10,134 nt of DNA from Candidatus Eiseniibacteriota bacterium (GTDB taxonomy: Bacteria; Eisenbacteria; RBG-16-71-46; JABDJR01; JAWXBZ01): contig JAWXBZ010000116.1 of the NCBI GenBank assembly GCA_034440375.1, positions 1 through 10,134 of the forward strand, written 5' to 3'. The notes beneath the pieces were generated by a model that saw only the letters and a program-made list of their open reading frames with translations, did no database searches and was not told the origin of the DNA. The translations under genes were made by a program, and so were the position numbers. Of this stretch, positions 1-6,580 are shown one piece after another; positions within the stretch are counted from its first letter, which is position 1, and each line of letters starts with the position of its first letter.

Positions 1-108
1 ATTAATTTCAAAGGTCTGGATGGTTTGTCATCTCGATGAAACCGATGGGTTGCGTTCTGACCGTGCTTCGTGAAGCCGGCCTCGCCGGGCGCGCCCGGCT
101 CAGGGAGT

Positions 109-918
109 TTACGCCGGCCCCACGCCACTGGGCACCACGCCGCCCGGCTCCGCTTCGGCCGTCGAACCCATCAGGTCCTCGTCGTTCCCGCCGGCCGAAT
201 AGCCCTCGGAGAAATCGACATCCTTCATGGCCGGCTTTTCGCGGCGTGATTCGAGCACCAGGTCGGAGACCATGCGGGCGAAGAGACGAATGGAACGGAT
301 GGCGTCGTCGTTGCCGGGAATCGGGTAGTCGATGACGTCCGGGTCGCAGTTGGTGTCGACGATGCCGATGATTGGAATGCCGAGCCGGTTGGCCTCCTGC
401 ACCGCGATCTTCTCCTTCTTCGTGTCGACCACGAAGAGGGCCGCCGGCAGTTCCTTCATGTCCTTGATGCCGGAGAAAACCTTCTCAAGCTTGCCCCGCT
501 CCTTGTCGAGGCTGGAAGCCTCGCGCTTGGTCAATACCTCGAAGGTGCCGTCGGTGGCCATCCGGTCAAGGTCGTGGAGCCGCTGAACGCTCTGCTTGAC
601 CGTCTTGAAGTTCGTCAGCATGCCGCCGAGCCAGCGCTCGGTGACGCAATACTGGCCCGAGCGTTTGGACTCTTCAATGATCGGCTCCTGCGCCTGCTTC
701 TTGGTGCCGACGAAGAGGACCGTGCCGCCGTCCGCGACGAGCCGCCGAAGGGCATGAGTGGCGGCCTCGATACAGGCCATGGTCTTCTGCAGATCGACAA
801 TGTAGATGCCGTTCCGCTCGATAAAAATGTACCGCTTCATTTTTGGATTCCAACGGCGGGTCTGGTGTCCGAAATGAACGCCCGCCTCCAGCAAATCTTT
901 CATGGTGATGTCAGACAC
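109..918 (-). CDS. rpsB: 30S ribosomal protein S2 (uS2)
   Basis: Hallmark motifs [42 protein letters not shown] and [13 protein letters not shown] start with GGAGGT Shine-Dalgarno at 922-927. Confidence 0.99.
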   Translation of the reverse strand: MSDITMKDLLEAGVHFGHQTRRWNPKMKRYIFIERNGIYIVDLQKTMACIEAATHALRRLVADGGTVLFVGTKKQAQEPIIEESKRSGQYCVTERWLGGMLTNFKTVKQSVQRLHDLDRMATDGTFEVLTKREASSLDKERGKLEKVFSGIKDMKELPAALFVVDTKKEKIAVQEANRLGIPIIGIVDTNCDPDVIDYPIPGNDDAIRSIRLFARMVSDLVLESRREKPAMKDVDFSEGYSAGGNDEDLMGSTAEAEPGGVVPSGVGPA

Positions 919-927
919 GATACCTCC

Positions 928-1012
928 GCAGTTGCGTCCGCCGCCCGGGCGGGATCAAGGCCGCTCGTCCCGGAATTTCCGGGACACTGCGCGGCGCGCG
1001 CCGGGCGTGTGA
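928..1012 (-). ncRNA. rpsB 5' leader, S2 leader / t44-like cis-regulatory RNA
   Basis: Minus strand reads CACACGCCCGG...GCCGC-GCAGU-GUCCCGGAAAUUCCGGGAC...GCGGC...CCGGGCG-GCGGACGC-AACUGC-GGAGG. Basal stem 1001-1007/942-948, inner stem 991-995/960-964, apical hairpin 967-985, potential pseudoknot GCAGU (986-990) with ACUGC (928-932). Layout matches the E. coli rpsB leader. Confidence 0.8.
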
Positions 1013-1069
1013 TGTCGGCGGCCATTGCCGCCGCGACCGCCCCCCGATGGGAGGGCGGCAGTGACAGGA

Positions 1070-1462
1070 CTAGCGCTTGGAGAACTGGAAACGCTTGCGA
1101 GCGCCGGGCTGCCCGTACTTCTTCCGTTCCTTCATCCGGGAATCCCGGGTCAGGAGCGAGTTCTTGCGCAGGAGGGCCAGCAGCGTCGGGTCGAGCGTGA
1201 CGAGCGCACGGGCGATGCCGAGCATGACCGCTCCGGCCTGACCCGCCTTGCCACCGCCGAACACCGTGGCATCCACGTCGTAGCGGGCCACCGTGTCGGT
1301 AACCGTAAGCGGCTGGCGCGCCAGCATGACCAGGGTCTCGCGACCAAAGTAGCTGTCGATCTCCAGGCCGTTGATCGTCGCCTTGCCATTCCCCGCACGC
1401 AGGCGAACGCGGGCCACCGATTCCTTCCGGCGGCCGGTACTCTGAGTCAGTATGTCCGCCAT
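1070..1462 (-). CDS. rpsI: 30S ribosomal protein S9 (uS9)
   Basis: [49 protein letters not shown]. Start overlaps the rplM stop (TGATG), SD GGAGGT at 1468-1473. Confidence 0.99.
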   Translation of the reverse strand: MADILTQSTGRRKESVARVRLRAGNGKATINGLEIDSYFGRETLVMLARQPLTVTDTVARYDVDATVFGGGKAGQAGAVMLGIARALVTLDPTLLALLRKNSLLTRDSRMKERKKYGQPGARKRFQFSKR

Positions 1463-1908
1463 CAGTGACCTCCAACCTTGTCGAGCGCATGAGCCTTCGG
1501 CATCTGCGCCTCGTGGGGATGCTTGTCCCCGGTGTAGATTTTCAGCTTCTTGATCATCGCGCGGCCGAGACGGTTCTTCGGGAGCATCCCCTTGACCGCC
1601 AGCCGGATGATCTCGGTCGGTTTGTCCTCGAGCATCTCCTCGAACGGCGTCCAGCGAACACCACCCGGATACATGGAGTGACGGAAGTACTTCTTCTTTT
1701 CCCGCTTCTTGCCAGACACCCGAACCTGGTCCGCATTGATGACGATGACATGGTCACCCGTGTCCAGATGCGGCGAGTAAATCACTTTCTTCTTCCCCCG
1801 GAGGATCGATGCGGCTTCCGAAGCCAGCCGCCCCAGGACGGCCTCCCGTGCATCCAGAATCAACCAATCCCTCTGGATGGAGGGCTCACTAACGTTATGT
1901 GTACCCAT
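1462..1908 (-). CDS. rplM: 50S ribosomal protein L13 (uL13)
   Basis: W-x-[58 protein letters not shown]-like AAGGGGA at 1915-1921. Confidence 0.99.
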   Translation of the reverse strand: MGTHNVSEPSIQRDWLILDAREAVLGRLASEAASILRGKKKVIYSPHLDTGDHVIVINADQVRVSGKKREKKKYFRHSMYPGGVRWTPFEEMLEDKPTEIIRLAVKGMLPKNRLGRAMIKKLKIYTGDKHPHEAQMPKAHALDKVGGH

Positions 1909-1967
1909 GACTTATCCCCTTGCTTGCCACTTAAGACACGTACAGGCTGTTTTGTGCAAAGGGTGTA

Positions 1968-1996
1968 AGACTATTGCGGCGTTGGGGTTCTGTCAA
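1968..1996 (-). promoter_or_regulatory. sigma70-type promoter of rplM-rpsI(-rpsB)
   Basis: Perfect -35 TTGACA (1996-1991), 17-bp spacer and -10 TAGTCT (1973-1968), about 60 nt upstream of the rplM ATG. Confidence 0.85.
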
Positions 1997-2090
1997 TAGG
2001 GGAATCGGTGGGACCTCCGAATTCAGACGGCGAGGGCAAAGGTGGCCCCGCTCCGACTTCCCGGGGCCGTCTGTCCGGTTTTACAAATGG

Positions 2091-2106
2091 TGGTGGAGTT
2101 CTTGCT
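2091..2106 (+). promoter_or_regulatory. possible sigma54 (-24/-12) promoter for the large secreted-protein gene
   Basis: TGGTGGAGTTCTTGCT has GG-N10-GC spacing and a good TTGCT -12 box, but the -24 box (TGGTGG) deviates from TGGCAC. Confidence 0.3.
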
Positions 2107-2256
2107 TCTACTGTATACGGCCGGGTTTCTGAAGCGTGCTCTAATTCTGCGGTGCGTGGCCCTCGTCATGAAGTAGTATGAGAGCGTTTCCTGCGTCGTT
2201 TGGCCGACGGCCTGGCGGCAGAGCTGTCCCCCCTGACTTCCATGAAGAGGACGCGT

Positions 2257-5200
2257 ATGCCGCCCATCGCCTTGTCGCCGGCTACCCTTTCGGGTCCGGC
2301 GATCCGCCTCTCACGCTGCCTCATTCTCCTCGTCCTCGCCTCGTTGGCCGCACTGTCCCCGGCCCGAGCCCAGGACGCCCCCCCCTCCCAGGATTGCTGC
2401 CTCTACGTGGTGGCCGGGCTCGTCTGGTACGACCAGAATTCGAACGGGATCAAGGAAGGGTCGGAGCCGGTGCTGCCGGGGTGGACGGTGCAGGCTCTGG
2501 ATGTCGGGAACAACGTGGTTGGAACGACGACGACCAATGCGCTTGGGCAGTACTCGTTCACGTTACCGGTTTCGTGCGGGAACACCTTCAAGCTGAAGCA
2601 GGTGGTTCAGAGCGGCTGGACGCAGACCTTTCCGGTGGCCAACGGCATTCACACCGGACTCGGCACCGGGTGCAGCACCACACCCCTCGGGCCCTACGAC
2701 TTCGGCAACACCCAGCCCGATTGCCAGCCGTTCAGCAAGACCTACACGCTGGACGGTGATTTCAACATGGGGACCTACAACGGCGCGGTGACGAACAGCA
2801 ATCAGCTCGAGCTGTCGCCGACCCCCACGACCTGGCCCTTCGCCTGGATCGCCAACAGCGACGGCACGTTGTCCAAGGTCAGCACCGTGACCGGCAACGA
2901 AGTGGCGCGCTATTACACGGGCCCGCCGGACAACAGCAACAACTACGTCTACCTGGCGCCGTCGCGCACCGTGGTGGACAAGGACGGGAACTGCTGGGTG
3001 GCCAACCGGAACTGGGGCGGAACTCCCGCGCGGCCCGCCAGCGTCACGCAGTTCGCCAATGCCGGCGGCATCGACTGGAACAACAACAGCGTCATCAACA
3101 CCTCGAGCGACGCCAACAACAACGGCGTGATCGACCCGTCGGAAATCCTCCCCTGGGGCCAGGACGAGCGGGCCATTCGCCACTACGAGCTCGGTCCGCT
3201 GAACGAGCAGGCGCGCGGCATGGCGCTGGACAAGACCGGCGGCCTGTGGGTCGGGATGTGCGTCTCGCAGACCCTGGTCAAGGTTAGCCCGAACCTCCCC
3301 ACCGCCACCTATTCGGCCAACAACCCGCCGACCGCGGCACCGGCCCTGATCACCATCAACCTCAACGCCTATCCCTACGGCCTGGCGCTGGCCCCCAACG
3401 GCAAGTTCTACATGAGCGAATCGGGGATGAACGCCTACGAGATCGATCCCGGGTTGGCCAGCGGCGGCACGAACGCCGGTCCGGCCGTCACGGAGATGAT
3501 CACGCACACCGGATCCTTCAACTATGGCCTCGCGGTCGACAAGAACTGCATCGTCTGGCTGGCGATGTCGTTTTTACAAAGCGGAAACTACGGGTGCGTC
3601 CGGTGGGATCCCTCGCTGACGCTCGGCAACCCGGCCAACGGATGGACCTACAGCGCGCCGAACGCGGCCGGCCCCGGCCGCGGCATCTGCGTCGACTTCA
3701 ACAACAACATCTGGATGGCCTGCAACGACGCCAACAATTCGGTGACCAAGTTCACGAATACGCCGATCCCGACGGTCATCGGCAGCTACCCGACCACCTC
3801 GGCCGTGCCGATCGGCGTCGGCGCGGCCAGCGACGGCCACATCATCGTGACGCCGGGTGGTACGCAGAACTGGACGAAGCTGAACAGCGCGACCGGCGCG
3901 CCGATGCCGCTCGCGGGGCCGCAGCTGGCCGGCCCCTCGCCGTATACCTACAGTGATTTCACCGGCGCCCAGCAGTCGTTGAGCGGCCTGACACAGGGCA
4001 CCTGGACCGTGACCACCGATGCCGGCACCAGCGCCCATGTCTGGAACTTCATCGGCTGGAACCAGTCGACGCCGCCCGGCACCTCGGTACAGATCGAGGC
4101 CCGAACCGCGCAGAACCTGATCGCGCTTCTGTCGCAGACCTGGACGACGATCGGCTCACCCGGATTTCTCGGATCGCCGATGGTCGGTCGTTACATTGAA
4201 ACGCGGGTGCGACTGCAGCGCGTGGTGGAAGGGTGCAATGCCCCGTACGTGACGCCGGTGCTGTACGACCTCACGGTCGCCGCCATCTGTGATCCGTGCG
4301 CCTTCGCCAACTGTCCGTCGGACACCACCATCCCGTGCGACAACCCGATGGGAGCGGAGTTCTTCTACAACCCGCCGGTGCTCAAGTCGATCTGCGACAG
4401 CACCTGGACGGTGAGCTGCAGCCCGCCCGGACCCTTCTTCCCGATCGGCACGACGGCCATCACCTGCGTCGCCATCAACGCCAAGGATGACACGGTCCTC
4501 TGCCAATTCAACCTGACGGTGCTCGGCGGCTGCGACAACACGCCGAAAGGAGCCTGCTGCATCCAGACAGGCTGTACCGTCCTGACGGAGCTGGAGTGCG
4601 AACAGGCCGGCGGCATCTACCTGGGCGACAACACGAATTGCCTCGGTGATGTCTGTCACCAGGATTGCGTCGAGCCGCCGAACAACCTGGCGGCCTGGTG
4701 GCCCTTCAACAGTGCCACGGGCAGCGTGACACCCAACCTGGCCGGGCCTCTCACCGGCGGCACGCTTGTCAACGCACCGACGCCGCTCACCGGGCAGCAG
4801 GTCGGCAATGCCTACAGTTTCAACGGCACGAACCAGTACATCTCCGTGCCGAACCATCCCACGTTGAACCTGGGGGCCGGCGATTTCACGCTCGACGCCT
4901 GGGTCCGGACCTCGCAGGCTTCCGGCGTCACGACGATCCTCGACAAGCGCGATGCGGGATCGATCCAGGGGATCGCCTTCTTCCTCTTCGACGGCTACCC
5001 CTCGCTGCAGATGGCGGTGGGAAATGTCTGGAGCAACTTCATCCTGACCAACGTCAACGGCGGCGCGCCGGCGTTCGTGGCCGACGGCAACTGGCACCTC
5101 GTGGCGGTGACCGTCGATCGGGATGACCCGACCGGCGTCCAGTTCTACGTGGATGGCATACCGGTCGGCACGACGTTCAACCCGGTGCCCCGTTCCGGAA

Positions 5201-6432
5201 ACCTGAACAGCAGTTCGGCCGTCCTGATCGGGCAGCGGAATCCATTGCTCGGCGGCGGCTTCTTTGCCGGCTCGCTCGACGAAGTGGAGATCATCCGTCG
5301 CGAGCTGTCGAACACCGAGGTGGCCGATCTCTTTGCCGCCAACGTGGCCGGCAAGTGCCCGGAGACCTGCTATGCCACGCAGAACGCCACCTGCTGCGGC
5401 GGTCTTTCTTCCAACTCGGCCATCACGATCTGCAACTACAGCCTGGCGCCTCACACCTACAGCTGGGGCCTGACGCAGCAGAACGGCGGATTCGGCTGCG
5501 GCCCCATCGGCGCCACCGCCTTCTCCCCCGCCTTCGGCTCCGTGACGGTGCCGGCCCAGGGGTGCGTGACGGTGCCGGTCTACATCGGCTGCCCGAGCAA
5601 CATCCCGCTGGGGCAAACGGCCTGCTATTCCGTCCAGATCTACAACCATGACACCGGTCGCATCTTCGGATGCCAGGGGTCGGTACGCCGCGCCGCCAAG
5701 TGGTGCTGGAAGGACGTGCCGTTCGACCCGGTGCCGGTCGGCACGATTCACGAAGTCCTGGCCGGGACCAGCGAACTGCTGCAGTTCGACGTCGCGCGCG
5801 TGGGGCAACCGTCACCCGGCATGCCGCCGATGACGCTGAACTACATGATCGCGGCGGTGCGTGGCGACAATGGCGAACCGAGCCAGGGCGTGCGGCTGAA
5901 CGGCCTGCCACCCGGCGAGCCCGTTCTCGGAACTCTCTCGCTGGAGGCGGGCGACCACACCACGGTTCTCCTCGAGGCTTCTTATGACGAGGAAGCGTTG
6001 ATCGGTTACGACCGGCTGGTGGCCTGGGGCGACGAGGACGGCGACGGCATCGACGAACCGCTGGGCGAGGTGGCTGTCCGCTCGACGACGATCGCCGGCA
6101 CGTCGGCGGTGCCCGGCGAACCGGGCAAGCTGCCCGGTCCCGCCGAATTCGGACGCCTGCTCCTGGCCTTTCCCAACCCATTCGGCAAGAGCGACCAGAT
6201 CCGCTTCCGGATCGACGGCGACACGATCGCCAAGGTCAAGCTGCGGCTGTTCGACCTGCAGGGACGCGTCGTCAAGGTCTTCTACCTGGAGAACATGATG
6301 GAGCCCGGCGAGCACAGCGTGACCTGGAACACCCTCGACGGCCAGGGGCGGCCGCTCCACTCGGGGATCTATTTCCTCCGGCTGGATGTCGACAATCGCT
6401 CGGAGTCGGTGAAGTTGATGATCCGGCCGTAG
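2257..6432 (+). CDS. Large secreted Cys-rich multidomain protein (SdrD-B-like, beta-propeller, HYR-like, GACC repeat, LamG-like, T9SS type A/FlgD-Ig-like C-terminal domain)
   Basis: The ORF is open from 2200, but ATG 2257 follows AGAGGA and precedes a Sec signal peptide (RLSRCLILLVLASLAALSPARA/QD, cleavage at nt 2370/2371), giving 1391 aa. SdrD-B-like GLVWYDQNSNG...DFGN at 2416-2709. Propeller blades WIAN/WVAN/LWVG/VWLA/IWMA at 2839-3966. HYR-like CPSD...FPIGTTAITC...CQFNLTV at 4312-4521. GACC repeat at 4549-4641. LamG-like AWWPF...FTLDAWV...WHLVAVT...FYVDG...FAGSLDEV at 4666-5358. C-terminal FPNPF...LFDLQGRVV...VTWN...SGIYFLRL at ~6160-6429. Confidence 0.92.
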   Translation: MPPIALSPATLSGPAIRLSRCLILLVLASLAALSPARAQDAPPSQDCCLYVVAGLVWYDQNSNGIKEGSEPVLPGWTVQALDVGNNVVGTTTTNALGQYSFTLPVSCGNTFKLKQVVQSGWTQTFPVANGIHTGLGTGCSTTPLGPYDFGNTQPDCQPFSKTYTLDGDFNMGTYNGAVTNSNQLELSPTPTTWPFAWIANSDGTLSKVSTVTGNEVARYYTGPPDNSNNYVYLAPSRTVVDKDGNCWVANRNWGGTPARPASVTQFANAGGIDWNNNSVINTSSDANNNGVIDPSEILPWGQDERAIRHYELGPLNEQARGMALDKTGGLWVGMCVSQTLVKVSPNLPTATYSANNPPTAAPALITINLNAYPYGLALAPNGKFYMSESGMNAYEIDPGLASGGTNAGPAVTEMITHTGSFNYGLAVDKNCIVWLAMSFLQSGNYGCVRWDPSLTLGNPANGWTYSAPNAAGPGRGICVDFNNNIWMACNDANNSVTKFTNTPIPTVIGSYPTTSAVPIGVGAASDGHIIVTPGGTQNWTKLNSATGAPMPLAGPQLAGPSPYTYSDFTGAQQSLSGLTQGTWTVTTDAGTSAHVWNFIGWNQSTPPGTSVQIEARTAQNLIALLSQTWTTIGSPGFLGSPMVGRYIETRVRLQRVVEGCNAPYVTPVLYDLTVAAICDPCAFANCPSDTTIPCDNPMGAEFFYNPPVLKSICDSTWTVSCSPPGPFFPIGTTAITCVAINAKDDTVLCQFNLTVLGGCDNTPKGACCIQTGCTVLTELECEQAGGIYLGDNTNCLGDVCHQDCVEPPNNLAAWWPFNSATGSVTPNLAGPLTGGTLVNAPTPLTGQQVGNAYSFNGTNQYISVPNHPTLNLGAGDFTLDAWVRTSQASGVTTILDKRDAGSIQGIAFFLFDGYPSLQMAVGNVWSNFILTNVNGGAPAFVADGNWHLVAVTVDRDDPTGVQFYVDGIPVGTTFNPVPRSGNLNSSSAVLIGQRNPLLGGGFFAGSLDEVEIIRRELSNTEVADLFAANVAGKCPETCYATQNATCCGGLSSNSAITICNYSLAPHTYSWGLTQQNGGFGCGPIGATAFSPAFGSVTVPAQGCVTVPVYIGCPSNIPLGQTACYSVQIYNHDTGRIFGCQGSVRRAAKWCWKDVPFDPVPVGTIHEVLAGTSELLQFDVARVGQPSPGMPPMTLNYMIAAVRGDNGEPSQGVRLNGLPPGEPVLGTLSLEAGDHTTVLLEASYDEEALIGYDRLVAWGDEDGDGIDEPLGEVAVRSTTIAGTSAVPGEPGKLPGPAEFGRLLLAFPNPFGKSDQIRFRIDGDTIAKVKLRLFDLQGRVVKVFYLENMMEPGEHSVTWNTLDGQGRPLHSGIYFLRLDVDNRSESVKLMIRP

Positions 6433-6439
6433 GGGATTC

Positions 6440-6523
6440 GGATCCGGCGGCGCGAGGGTTGGATCCGGCGGCGCGGTCATCGGATCCGGCGGCACGCGGG
6501 TTGAATTCGGCGGCACGCGAGTC
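6440..6523 (+). repeat. 4 x 21-bp imperfect tandem repeat in the 3' UTR
   Basis: Units start at 6440 GGATCCGGCGGCGCGAGGGTT, 6461 GGATCCGGCGGCGCGGTCATC, 6482 GGATCCGGCGGCACGCGGGTT and 6503 GAATTCGGCGGCACGCGAGTC. Confidence 0.9.
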
Positions 6524-6535
6524 GCGAGAGCATTT

Positions 6536-6580
6536 CCGGCGGATGGGCCAGTTCGATGGCTCGTCCGCCGGTTCTTATTT
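6536..6580 (+). terminator. Intrinsic terminator of the large secreted-protein gene
   Basis: 15-bp stem CCGGCGGATGGGCCA (6536-6550) / TGGCTCGTCCGCCGG (6557-6571). Its two mismatches are G-U pairs only in the + transcript. 6-nt loop, followed by TTCTTATTT overlapping the convergent ABC-F stop. Confidence 0.8.

Noticed and set aside
1..35. Start of tsf
   Set aside because: Expected from gene order, but the only ATG frame stops after 7 codons and no EF-Ts sequence is visible.
84..99. Perfect 16-bp palindrome GCCGGGCGCGCCCGGC as the rpsB terminator
   Set aside because: No U-tract on the minus strand. It is more likely a stability hairpin in a read-through transcript.
109..240. Acidic low-complexity C-terminal tail of uS2
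   Set aside because: Variable tails are common in uS2 proteins.
2030..2075. c-di-GMP-I riboswitch suggested by GGGCAAA
   Set aside because: It lacks the GAAA-tetraloop P2 stem and the following GACGCAAAG junction.
5860..5868. RGD integrin-binding motif in the large protein
   Set aside because: A single tripeptide in ~1,400 aa is expected by chance.
6440..6523. Mini-CRISPR array
   Set aside because: The conserved part (~12 nt) and variable part (~9 nt) are far too short, the variable parts resemble each other, and there are no cas genes in the window.
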